64,000 nucleotides of DNA, taken from NCBI GenBank assembly GCA_043804925.1, contig JAZDIP010000106.1, positions 796 to 64,795 on the forward strand, in the 5' to 3' direction. The notes under the pieces are model-generated. The model was not told the origin of the DNA. It worked only from the letters and a program-made list of their open reading frames with translations, and made no database searches. Both the position numbers and the translations under genes were made by a program. This document shows positions 9,408 to 18,759 of this stretch, one piece after another. This stretch comes from a bacterium (GTDB lineage: Bacteria; Bacteroidota; Ignavibacteria; Kapaibacteriales; UBA2268). Every line of letters starts with the position of its first letter. Positions within the stretch are counted from its first letter, which is position 1.

Positions 9408-10763
9408 ATGAAAAAAAATATATTAATATTGTCTGCAATAACCATTCTTGTTACTGTGAGTTTAACAAGTTTTCCTGAAAACAGCGACCCTCGTTTCGGA
9501 AAATACAAATACGAAGATTTCCAAACACCCGAGTACTGCGGTGCTTCCTGCCATGTAGATTTTTACCGTCAATGGAAACAATCAATGATGTCTCAGGCGT
9601 ACATTCATCATTGGGACGAAATTGAGTATTTCGAACTTGCTGTTCCACATGCAGAAAAAGACCCAAAGGTTGCTGAAGTTAAGGATGGATGCAATGGATG
9701 TCATGCTCCTATGGCTTATCTTGCAGGAAACACACCTCCCCCAAGACCTGAAAAAGGAGACAGAGCAAACGAAGCTGTTGCATGTGATATTTGTCACAGT
9801 ATAACCGGATTTGAAGGGGATATTCCTTACAATTTCAATTATATAATGAAACCCGGAAAAGATAAATTCAGTTCACGAGGCGGCGGCAATCAATCTCCTA
9901 ATCACAACATTGTTGTAAGCGATTTGCATCGTAGCGGAGATTTTTGCGGTATTTGTCACAATGAAAAAAGTCCGTTTGGGATTTGGGTTAAATCAACACA
10001 TCTCGAATGGAAGGAAGGACCATATTATAAAGAAGGCGTTCAATGTCAGGATTGTCACATGCCAAAAGGAAAAAGCTATACGGCTTCTATGGGTAAACTC
10101 TACGATAATTCCAGACAGCATTTGTTTCACGGTGCGCATGACCCGGGAAAAGTAAAAGGGACAATCGAACTTAGAATTCATCCTGATATTATTGAAGCAG
10201 AACCCGGTGAACCTGTTAAGTTTACAATTGCATTATTCAACCAGAAAACCGGACATAAGTTCCCGACCGGTTCAGTTGAAGACAGAATTGTTTGGATGCA
10301 TGTAGAAGCGACAGATGCTAAGGGTAATAAATATCATTTAAAAGTTGATAAAAAAGGATTCGATGGAGAGGAATACACTATTGCTTCTGATGTTCTTGCT
10401 TATCAGGATATGGGTATTGCTAAAAACATTCCTGATTTCAAAGGAGTCCAGCGTGACGGAATACCAATAGGTGACAGAATTTTCCGTATGCCGTACTTTG
10501 ATCCACAGGGCAGGATGACGATACAGCAATGGAATACTTCAAAACTTGGAGTTGATTACAGAATTGGACCAAAGGAAACTAAAATAGAAACATGCACTTT
10601 TACATTACCGAATGATGTTGCTCCCGGAAAAATGAAAGTAACAGCAGTTTTGAATTATCAGAAGCTGATTAAACCTGTTGCTGATTTTCTCAATGTACCT
10701 GACGATGAGGAAGAAATTATTAAAGTAAATGAGCATAGTACTGAGGTTATTATATTGGAATAG
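9408..10763 (+). CDS. Periplasmic multiheme c-type cytochrome (5 CxxCH)
   Basis: Signal peptide MKKNILILSAITILVTVSL. Five CxxCH motifs: CGASCH, CNGCH, CDICH, CGICH, CQDCH. The ATG at 9408 is preceded by GGAGG. Confidence 0.85.
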   Translation: MKKNILILSAITILVTVSLTSFPENSDPRFGKYKYEDFQTPEYCGASCHVDFYRQWKQSMMSQAYIHHWDEIEYFELAVPHAEKDPKVAEVKDGCNGCHAPMAYLAGNTPPPRPEKGDRANEAVACDICHSITGFEGDIPYNFNYIMKPGKDKFSSRGGGNQSPNHNIVVSDLHRSGDFCGICHNEKSPFGIWVKSTHLEWKEGPYYKEGVQCQDCHMPKGKSYTASMGKLYDNSRQHLFHGAHDPGKVKGTIELRIHPDIIEAEPGEPVKFTIALFNQKTGHKFPTGSVEDRIVWMHVEATDAKGNKYHLKVDKKGFDGEEYTIASDVLAYQDMGIAKNIPDFKGVQRDGIPIGDRIFRMPYFDPQGRMTIQQWNTSKLGVDYRIGPKETKIETCTFTLPNDVAPGKMKVTAVLNYQKLIKPVADFLNVPDDEEEIIKVNEHSTEVIILE

Positions 10764-10819
10764 TAAAGCAAGTTTGAAAGAAATATTAAGTTAATAAATA
10801 AATTTCAAGGGGAGTTATT

Positions 10820-12028
10820 ATGAAAAAAATTTTTACACTAATTATTACATTTGTATTATTAGCAATGCTGATGAGTGAAACCTTGCAGGCAATTCCGGCA
10901 TTCGCAAGAAAGTACAACATGTCTTGCCAGACCTGTCATTCACCGGCACCAAGACTTAAGGCATATGGCGATGATTTTGCCGGGAACGGGTTTCGGCTTT
11001 CTGATAAAGATGCACCACGATATACTGTCGAAACAGGTGATGCCGATTTATCATTAATACGAGACTTCCCAATTGCCGCACGATTTGATGCTCATGCAAC
11101 ATATAATAATGCTAATCAGGAGAACAGTGATTTTGGTGTACCCTACATTTTAAAGCTTTTGAGTGGTGGAGAAATTGCCAAAGACTTTGCATATTACTTT
11201 TATTTTTATTTAAGTGAAAGAGGAGAGTTGGTAGGTGTTGAAGATTGCTATATAATGTTCAATGACCTTTTTAATATTGACCTGGATTTATATTTTGGTC
11301 AGTTTCAGGTTTCCGACCCGCTTTTCAAAAGGGAACTGAGATTAACGCTTGAAGATTATCAGCCATATAAAATGAAGCCGGATTTTTCAAAAATGAATCT
11401 CGCTTATGACAGAGGGATAATGCTGACATACGGGATGGATTGGGGAACGGATGTTATTCTCGAAGTTGTGAACGGATGCGGTTTACCCAAAGCTGATGCG
11501 AACAAACTTTTTGATATTGACGGACACAAAACATTAGTCGGTAGGGTATCTCAAGATATAGGAGATTTCTTAAGAATCGGCGGGTTTTTCCTGACCGGAA
11601 AAGAAGATATGGACAACATTATTTCCGACTATGTTACTAACAATGTTCAATCATATGGACCGGATATGACTTTGTCGTTCGGGGAAATGATTGAATTAAA
11701 TCTCCAATATGTTATGAGAAATGATAATTTTGTTTTTTCCACTACTGACTCAGTAGGAACCACTCAGTGGGTAGTTGATTTAAATACGAAGGGTGCAATG
11801 GCTGAATTAATCTTTACTCCACAGGGAGACCAAAGCAAATGGTATGCCGCTTCGGTTTTCAATTGGATTGAATCTGATGACAAATCTTTAAATTACAAAA
11901 CGGCAACATTGCATTTTGGATATTTACTGAAAAGAAATTTGAGGCTGGCTTTGGAAGGAACATATAATTTCTCAGATGCCGACGATCCATATACTCAGTT
12001 CAGTCTGGGAATTGTAACAGCTTTTTAA
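10820..12028 (+). CDS. Cyc2-like fused monoheme cytochrome-porin (outer-membrane beta-barrel with an N-terminal CxxCH)
   Basis: Signal peptide. There is a single CQTCH about 15 aa after the predicted cleavage site, the length is about 400 aa, and the C-terminus ends ...GIVTAF (an aromatic OMP terminus). RBS AAGGGGAG. The assignment to the Cyc2 family rests on architecture only. Confidence 0.6.
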   Translation: MKKIFTLIITFVLLAMLMSETLQAIPAFARKYNMSCQTCHSPAPRLKAYGDDFAGNGFRLSDKDAPRYTVETGDADLSLIRDFPIAARFDAHATYNNANQENSDFGVPYILKLLSGGEIAKDFAYYFYFYLSERGELVGVEDCYIMFNDLFNIDLDLYFGQFQVSDPLFKRELRLTLEDYQPYKMKPDFSKMNLAYDRGIMLTYGMDWGTDVILEVVNGCGLPKADANKLFDIDGHKTLVGRVSQDIGDFLRIGGFFLTGKEDMDNIISDYVTNNVQSYGPDMTLSFGEMIELNLQYVMRNDNFVFSTTDSVGTTQWVVDLNTKGAMAELIFTPQGDQSKWYAASVFNWIESDDKSLNYKTATLHFGYLLKRNLRLALEGTYNFSDADDPYTQFSLGIVTAF

Positions 12029-12040
12029 TTAGGAGGAATC

Positions 12041-12586
12041 ATGTTTTTTAATTATCAAAATATTGAAACAATGCTTACTGAAAAAAATCGCAAGAAGTAT
12101 ATCATTGCCGATTTCCTTGTTGGCAGGGGTTTCATTATATCACCTGTTATTATGGTTTTAGTATTCAGTTTGGTAAATTATTTTTTAGGAGACCCTCTGT
12201 TACCTTTTATCTACTATGCTTATATGTTTTTGGTAGTTTTCACCGTTGGTATCGCTGTATCCGTCATAATGTTTTCGGTAGAAAAGAAAATATTACAGGA
12301 ATTTAAAAATCAAAGTCAAGAGAAAAAGTTTTCGAAGCTTAAAATAATATTGTTTCTCAATGAATCATTTTACATTTTTGGATTTGTTATTGCCATTCAA
12401 ACATACAATACATTTAAGAGAATGTACACAGAAGGAACAAATATGTTCATCATAATTTTTTCTTCATTAATCATGATTTTGTTCTCTGTAATAATCGGTT
12501 TTATTGTTTATAAAAGTAACTTCAAAAAGCTGAAAGCTGAAATCGAAAGAAAAGGACTGTTTGAGAAATTGACAATTGATAATTAG
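12041..12586 (+). CDS. Hypothetical 4-TM membrane protein (paralog a)
   Basis: 181 aa, RBS AGGAGG. It ends ...EIERKGLFEKLTIDN, like its neighbour. Confidence 0.6.
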   Translation: MFFNYQNIETMLTEKNRKKYIIADFLVGRGFIISPVIMVLVFSLVNYFLGDPLLPFIYYAYMFLVVFTVGIAVSVIMFSVEKKILQEFKNQSQEKKFSKLKIILFLNESFYIFGFVIAIQTYNTFKRMYTEGTNMFIIIFSSLIMILFSVIIGFIVYKSNFKKLKAEIERKGLFEKLTIDN

Positions 12587-12594
12587 GATTTAAA

Positions 12595-13128
12595 ATGAAT
12601 TTAAAATACTCGAATATTGAAGCAATGTTAACTGAAGAATTGAATTTCAGATATTTCTGCTATCAGATATTGTGGAAAAGAGAGCTTTTCTTTGGAATGA
12701 TTTTTCTACCGTTATTCAATATCACTTATAGCATGATAAAAGGACAGAATCTCATGCCCTACCAATATGTTCATTTGGTTTTTGTCCCATTTATTTTATT
12801 GCTAATTGCAGGGATTTTAATATTTTTTACAGAGAGAATATTTTTGAGAAGATTATCAACAATTGGTAGATACAAAATATTTCAGAGAATCAAATATATT
12901 AATCAAATATCTGTAACTTTATTTATTATGGCTATTGTTACCGGAATAATAATAACTAAGGGTAAACCTGAAGATTTTTCAATCTTGAATTACCTCCAAA
13001 AAATGGGGATAGCCTTTATTGTTGTTTTCCCCGGAACATGGTTGTTTAAATGGTTCGGCGGTTATAAAACATTATTATCCGAAATCGAAAGAAGAGGACT
13101 GTTAGAAAAACTGACAATTGATAATTGA
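12595..13128 (+). CDS. Hypothetical 4-TM membrane protein (paralog b)
   Basis: 177 aa. Shares the N-terminal (NIEAMLTEE) and C-terminal (EIERRGLLEKLTIDN) motifs with 12041..12586. Confidence 0.6.
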   Translation: MNLKYSNIEAMLTEELNFRYFCYQILWKRELFFGMIFLPLFNITYSMIKGQNLMPYQYVHLVFVPFILLLIAGILIFFTERIFLRRLSTIGRYKIFQRIKYINQISVTLFIMAIVTGIIITKGKPEDFSILNYLQKMGIAFIVVFPGTWLFKWFGGYKTLLSEIERRGLLEKLTIDN

Positions 13129-13161
13129 CAATTATTTTCTGTTGTAATTTATTGAAAAAGG

Positions 13162-13623
13162 ATGGAAATTATGGCAAAGAAAAAAACAAATCTGGTAGCG
13201 GCAACGATAATATGCATCATTATCGGGACAGGATTCATTGCTTTAGGAATCTATCTTTATTTTGACTATTCCGGAAGCAACATTATGAATCCGAAACAGG
13301 CAGACGGTACAATCATCCGCTTGCACGAAACAAAAAGGGACAACCGGAATCCCTTGAGGAAGGATTATCATTCAGTCAATCCTATTGTAGAATTTTCATC
13401 CGAAGAAGGCAAGAAATATGAATTCCTCGAACTCTGGGGTGCCCAATACGATGATGAAGCATTCACAGTCGGACAAAAGGTTTCAGTTATATACAACGAA
13501 TTGAATCCCGAAGAAGCTATGCTCAAACAGGAAAATTCAATTTGGGGAGTACATCTCTTCTTGATTGGTATGGGCTTGTTTTTCTATCTGACTCCATGGC
13601 TGATGAAAATAGCACAGACTTAA
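13162..13623 (+). CDS. DUF3592-like small membrane protein
   Basis: An N-terminal TM segment, then a beta-rich domain, then a C-terminal TM segment. The layout resembles DUF3592. Confidence 0.5.
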   Translation: MEIMAKKKTNLVAATIICIIIGTGFIALGIYLYFDYSGSNIMNPKQADGTIIRLHETKRDNRNPLRKDYHSVNPIVEFSSEEGKKYEFLELWGAQYDDEAFTVGQKVSVIYNELNPEEAMLKQENSIWGVHLFLIGMGLFFYLTPWLMKIAQT

Positions 13624-13690
13624 ATTTATAACTTTTAGACTTTATGACTTTTAAACTTTTAAACTTTATAACTAATGAAGGAGTATTAAT

Positions 13691-14080
13691 ATGAAAAAAT
13701 ATCAACAAAACAAAAGTATTTGCGTAGCCGTATTATCGCTAACCTTTATGTTCGTATTGATTAACTATGTTTTCGCAAAGGATATTCACTCAACAAAAGA
13801 AGGTGGTGAGTGGTGCAAAAACAGCACTTGGATAAGCGGTGAAATACCCGGCAGCAATGACAATGTTACTATAAACGGGAAGGTTTTTGTCAATTGTCCC
13901 GCATTTGCCGATTCCATGCATATTAATTTTGACGGCTTATTGATTATTAATGAAACCGATTCCTTACAATGCCACCTGATAATGCTTGAAGAAGAAGGTG
14001 ACAAAAAAGGTACTATCCAAAATAATGGAATAATTATTGTTACTGATAAACCTGAAATCAAAAAGGAAGAAGAATATTAA
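13691..14080 (+). CDS. Secreted hypothetical protein
   Basis: 129 aa with signal peptide and an acidic C-terminal tail. Confidence 0.5.
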   Translation: MKKYQQNKSICVAVLSLTFMFVLINYVFAKDIHSTKEGGEWCKNSTWISGEIPGSNDNVTINGKVFVNCPAFADSMHINFDGLLIINETDSLQCHLIMLEEEGDKKGTIQNNGIIIVTDKPEIKKEEEY

Positions 14081-14085
14081 TTTTA

Positions 14086-14442
14086 TTGCTATATATTATG
14101 AAAACAGAAAAGACCGGACATAATCAAATAATTGACATCAATAAAATAGTTGCCGGTAATAGAGAAAAGTGGATAAATTTCACATTGACGGAAGTAAATA
14201 ATTCACTGGTCAGATTGGGTATTTTTGAAGGGGAATTCCACTGGCACCATCACGACAATGAAGACGAATATTTTCATGTCCTAAGCGGAAAACTGATACT
14301 CGATGTTGAAGACAAAACTTATGAATTATTACCCGGACAGGGCTTTACTGTTCCACGGGGAATTGAACACCGAACCAGAGCTTATGAAAAAACAATAGTG
14401 ATAATGGTCGAGGGGAATACGGTTAATCCAAAAGGAGATTAA
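14086..14442 (+). CDS. Cupin domain protein
   Basis: Cupin motifs HWHHHDNEDEYFHVLSG and PRGIEHR. Confidence 0.7.
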   Translation: MLYIMKTEKTGHNQIIDINKIVAGNREKWINFTLTEVNNSLVRLGIFEGEFHWHHHDNEDEYFHVLSGKLILDVEDKTYELLPGQGFTVPRGIEHRTRAYEKTIVIMVEGNTVNPKGD

Positions 14443-14470
14443 TTCTTATAAATTTATAAGGAACGAAAAA

Positions 14471-15139
14471 ATGAAAATAATTCTAAGTATCGCAGTTTTT
14501 TTCATAATAAGTTGTTCTGTTGAAGCTAATGAAATAATTGATATAATTTATTTAAAAGACAGCACAATAATAAAAGGAACAATTATCGAACAGATACCTA
14601 ATGAATCTTTAACAATACGTGATTTCAAAAATGAAATCCATAAAATAAAATTTGAAGATGTTTTATCAATTAAAACTTATGACCTTGCTGATATTAGTTT
14701 ATACAGGAAAAATTACTTTGAATTGGGCGGCTCTTTTGGTACCCCGGCAGGTTTTAATTTAAATGCAGCAGGTTGGTATCAGTTTTTGGGAATTGGTATA
14801 AGCGGAATGTATTTGGGGAATGACAGATACGGAATACAGGGAAATTTAAAAATTAAAATTTCAGACAATTATAACAGGTGTCATTCAATTTCATTTTTAT
14901 TATATAAAACATACAGAAGTATTCCAAACACTCAGCCGAAAGCTCCTTATTATATAGATGAAGATATTTCAGATATGCAAGTATATTGTATAACTTACAA
15001 TCTAAATTACAATGGGTTTTGGCTTGAAATTGGTCCGGGAATGAATTTTTGGTATACCAAAAACAACAATGGAATTGCTGATAATTGGTTTCCATTCTTT
15101 GCTTTTCAGATAGGTTATGTTCATAGATTTATTGATTAG
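14471..15139 (+). CDS. Hypothetical secreted/outer-membrane protein
   Basis: Signal peptide with Cys (IISCSV). Aromatic-rich beta-strand-like C-terminal half. Confidence 0.5.
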   Translation: MKIILSIAVFFIISCSVEANEIIDIIYLKDSTIIKGTIIEQIPNESLTIRDFKNEIHKIKFEDVLSIKTYDLADISLYRKNYFELGGSFGTPAGFNLNAAGWYQFLGIGISGMYLGNDRYGIQGNLKIKISDNYNRCHSISFLLYKTYRSIPNTQPKAPYYIDEDISDMQVYCITYNLNYNGFWLEIGPGMNFWYTKNNNGIADNWFPFFAFQIGYVHRFID

Positions 15140-15495
15140 ATATTAAGTTATAAATTATTAAAAGATAATTGTAAGAAGCCATATCGTATTTTTCTTTTTT
15201 TCTTTATTCATAATATTAATATAAATTATTAGTAAATAATCAAAAATTTCCTTAATTTTATAATGCAGCATAGTTTAATCAGTCTGAAATATTTGATAAT
15301 TGGCAGTTTTCCGGGAAAATTGTCTTTATGATATTTGAATTATTTCGGGTAGTTATGTGTGGGTTTTCTTTATTTTTTTAGCATAACTTACCGGAAATGG
15401 AGCTTAATGTCCAAATATTATAAGGACAAAACCGTATAAAAACAAGAACTGATTTAAAAAAATGCTTACTATTGAAAATTAGGAATTCGATATTT

Positions 15496-18400
15496 ATGAG
15501 AAATAGAACGAAACAGTCAATAACTGAATTTTTAAGCATTTGCCTTGTACTGATTTTATTACAACTTGAGGAAGTGTTTCCGCAATTGAACGAAAATCCT
15601 TATGAGTACTGCAGTGAGCAAATTAATGATGTATCTCAGCTTTTTGACAAACTGCTGATTCGAAAGGCAGAACAAAAACTTATAGAAACCATAAAATCAA
15701 ATCCTGATAATTCATCATCCGATAAAGCAGTCATACTATCTGCTAACCTTGATTATCTCACAAAAAATTATAAATTAGCAGATTCAAAGCTGAATGAATT
15801 TATTAAGCAAAGAAGTAATTCACCTTTGAAAACGCTTGCCGCAGTATTGAGGGGATACATAGCATTTGAGCAGAAAAAATACAATAAAGCGACAGAATAT
15901 TTTGCCGAATCCAAAAAAATAGCAGAAACAGATTTTAACCTTCGTTCAGACAGTATTTACCGAAATATTACTCACAATAGCTTATTTTGGGGTGCTGTTT
16001 CACTTTGCCATCAGGGAAAATACCAGGAGGCAAAACCGCTTTTTGAAGAATGCTTCAGGTTTTATCCCGAGCAGGAATATGCCGATGATGCCTTGTATCT
16101 TTTAGGGGTAAGTGAAGAAATTAACCGCAATTTTGAAATTGCTATCAGCTATTATAATACTATCGCAAAAAAATATCCTTACAGAAATACATACATGGCT
16201 TCGAGAATCCGTGAGATTAACAATAAACTGATTTTGAGAGAACCATTTACTGCTTTGGATATTTTAGAAAACGTGAAAAATACGGCTATAAAAATTTCCA
16301 TGCAGAACTCTATTGGGAAACTTTATGAACCTCAAAGCCATATCAACAACGCAGAAGCTGATTTGCAATATTTGAGCGGTGAAGCATTGAACATTGCCGG
16401 CAAATACGAACAGGCATTGATTGAGTTCAAAACATTTTTAGATAATTATTCAAATCCGGAACTCGATGAATATGTCCGTCTCGGTTCGGGTTGGGCATTA
16501 CTGAATTTGGGAAGGAACAAGGAAGCAATCGAATTTTACGATATTATTATCAATACGGAAAAACCATTCAACCAGAAAAATAAAGCTGCAGCTCAGATGT
16601 ATAGGACAATTGCCTTGAAGCGAAGCGGGAATACCGAACAGGCAGCCAAGGAAATATCTGCACTTTCGATTCAACCTGCATACCCGTTTTTGGGGCAGGT
16701 CCTTATGGAATTAGGGCAGATTTATTATGAATCAGGAAAATTCGATGATTGCCGCAGAACTCTTGAAAGAGCTCAAAGAGAAGCTACTGAAGGTATCGTT
16801 TCAGTAAGAATTGCTTTGCTTCTTGGTGCTACTTTTATTGAACAAAGAAACTGGGAAAAATCTGTTATCGAGTATAGCAAAGCAGAGCAAATTGCTTTGA
16901 GAAGTTCTCCGAATTTTATGCCACAGAAGGACTGGTATCTTGCCGAATCTAGATTGAAGAGAGGTATAGCACTTGTTTTAAGCCACCGGAATGCTGAGGC
17001 AATTACGGTTCTAAATACTTTCATCGGCAACAACAAGAATGACAAACGCCTGGATGAGGCATTGTTTTGGCTGGCAGAGGCATATTACCGCTCCGATTTG
17101 CTTAAAAATTCGGCTGAAACCTACACAAACCTTTTGCAACAATACCCGGCAAGTCCCAGAAAGGAAGAAGCTCTCTACGGTCAGGGCTGGTCATACTTTA
17201 GGTTACAGCAATTCAAAAAATCCTCGGAGATTTTCAACAAAATGGCAAAAGATTATCCTCGCTCTAAATATGCTATGGAAGTATTAGCCCGGCAGGCAGA
17301 CGGATATTATATAATGAAAGATTATAAAAATGCTTCAGAGTCATACCGCAAGGCGATGAATTTTTCTCCAAAATCAGACGAAGGACAATATTGTGCATAT
17401 CAACTTAGCCATGCATTATACAGGTTGGGTGAATTTGAACCGGCAATCTCGTCATTGTTGAATTTTGTGAGGAATTATCCACGCTCCGCTTATGCTCCGT
17501 ATTCATTATATTTGATTGGGTGGATACGTTTTCAGCAAAAAGATTATAAAGAAGCCATTGATAACTTTAGATTTTTAATCCAGGCATATTCACAACATGA
17601 CTTAGTAGTTCGGGCATATTATGCAATTGGAGATGCCCATTATAATTCAGGAAATTATGAAGCTGCTATCGAGTCTTACAACAATGTAGTCAGGCAATTC
17701 CCCAGTGATGCACTCGCACCTGAAGCATGGAGAAGTCTGCAGTTTTGCTATATGGCATTAGGCAGAGAGCAGGAAGCCATATTAATTGCCGATTCTGTTA
17801 TTAGCAGTCACCCGAACACTCCTTTTGCGCAGGAATTATTCATTAAAAAAGCAGATATGTTTTTCTCGGGTATGAGATTCAAGGATGCTGTTGACGAATA
17901 CCAGAACTTTATTAAAGCTTATCCTGACAGCAAACGAAATAGTGAAGCACTCTACTGGATGGGAAAGAGTTATATTAATTTGAATGACAACGAAAATGCT
18001 ATTGATGCTTTCAACACCCTGGAGAAAAAATATCCCGACAGCGAGTTTGCTCCTATGGGAATGTTAGAGCATGGTTTGTTAATGAAAAAATTGAACGATA
18101 TAAATAAAGCTGATTCCATATTTAAAAATCTCGAGAAAAAGTATCCTGAAGACCAAAATTCCGCTCAGGCAGGTTTTGAAAGAGCTGTTATAAAGCATGA
18201 GTTGGGGGACACATTAACAGCTATGAAACTATATCGAGAAGTGGCTGAACGTTACAAAGGTATGGAATACGCCGACCAAAGCAGGTACAGGATTGCCGGC
18301 TATTACCGTTCAAAAGGTATGTATGATTCAGCAAGAATTGAATATGGTAAAATAGCATCCAGCATGTCTGATATTGCATTAGCGGCAGAATCACAATTCA

Positions 18401-18651
18401 GGATTGGCGAGATGTGGATGAGGGACACAAGCTGGGTAAATGCCGCAGAAGCTCTCAATATAGTCAGGGATAAGTTTCCAGGTGTGGAAACATGGTATCC
18501 GTTATCTTTATTAAATCTCGGTGAAGTATACGAAAAACTCGGAGAGATTGGCAAAGCAAAAGAAATCTATCAGGCATTATTGACACAAAGACCTGATGAT
18601 GAATATGGTAAGACAGTTAAGTTGAGGTTAAAAAGATTGGAAAAGAAATAG
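15496..18651 (+). CDS. Tetratricopeptide (TPR) repeat protein, secreted or periplasmic
   Basis: About 1050 aa of recurring A/Y/W-rich 34-aa helical repeats (…ALYWLAEAYY…, …AYYAIGDAHY…). The ATG at 15496 is followed by a hydrophobic leader. The ORF-track start at 15472 is a TTG. Confidence 0.8.
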   Translation: MRNRTKQSITEFLSICLVLILLQLEEVFPQLNENPYEYCSEQINDVSQLFDKLLIRKAEQKLIETIKSNPDNSSSDKAVILSANLDYLTKNYKLADSKLNEFIKQRSNSPLKTLAAVLRGYIAFEQKKYNKATEYFAESKKIAETDFNLRSDSIYRNITHNSLFWGAVSLCHQGKYQEAKPLFEECFRFYPEQEYADDALYLLGVSEEINRNFEIAISYYNTIAKKYPYRNTYMASRIREINNKLILREPFTALDILENVKNTAIKISMQNSIGKLYEPQSHINNAEADLQYLSGEALNIAGKYEQALIEFKTFLDNYSNPELDEYVRLGSGWALLNLGRNKEAIEFYDIIINTEKPFNQKNKAAAQMYRTIALKRSGNTEQAAKEISALSIQPAYPFLGQVLMELGQIYYESGKFDDCRRTLERAQREATEGIVSVRIALLLGATFIEQRNWEKSVIEYSKAEQIALRSSPNFMPQKDWYLAESRLKRGIALVLSHRNAEAITVLNTFIGNNKNDKRLDEALFWLAEAYYRSDLLKNSAETYTNLLQQYPASPRKEEALYGQGWSYFRLQQFKKSSEIFNKMAKDYPRSKYAMEVLARQADGYYIMKDYKNASESYRKAMNFSPKSDEGQYCAYQLSHALYRLGEFEPAISSLLNFVRNYPRSAYAPYSLYLIGWIRFQQKDYKEAIDNFRFLIQAYSQHDLVVRAYYAIGDAHYNSGNYEAAIESYNNVVRQFPSDALAPEAWRSLQFCYMALGREQEAILIADSVISSHPNTPFAQELFIKKADMFFSGMRFKDAVDEYQNFIKAYPDSKRNSEALYWMGKSYINLNDNENAIDAFNTLEKKYPDSEFAPMGMLEHGLLMKKLNDINKADSIFKNLEKKYPEDQNSAQAGFERAVIKHELGDTLTAMKLYREVAERYKGMEYADQSRYRIAGYYRSKGMYDSARIEYGKIASSMSDIALAAESQFRIGEMWMRDTSWVNAAEALNIVRDKFPGVETWYPLSLLNLGEVYEKLGEIGKAKEIYQALLTQRPDDEYGKTVKLRLKRLEKK

Positions 18652-18759
18652 GTTTTTAATGGATAATCGTTAATGGACAATTGTTAATGGTTAATGTTTG
18701 AAAATTAATATATTAAAAAATTGATTTTAAATTTTAAATTGAAAATTTTAAATTAAAAA

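Noticed and set aside
9408-10763. Pentaheme cytochrome as NrfA nitrite reductase
   Set aside because: All five motifs are CxxCH (no CxxCK), and the C-terminal half does not resemble NrfA. It is kept as a generic multiheme cytochrome.
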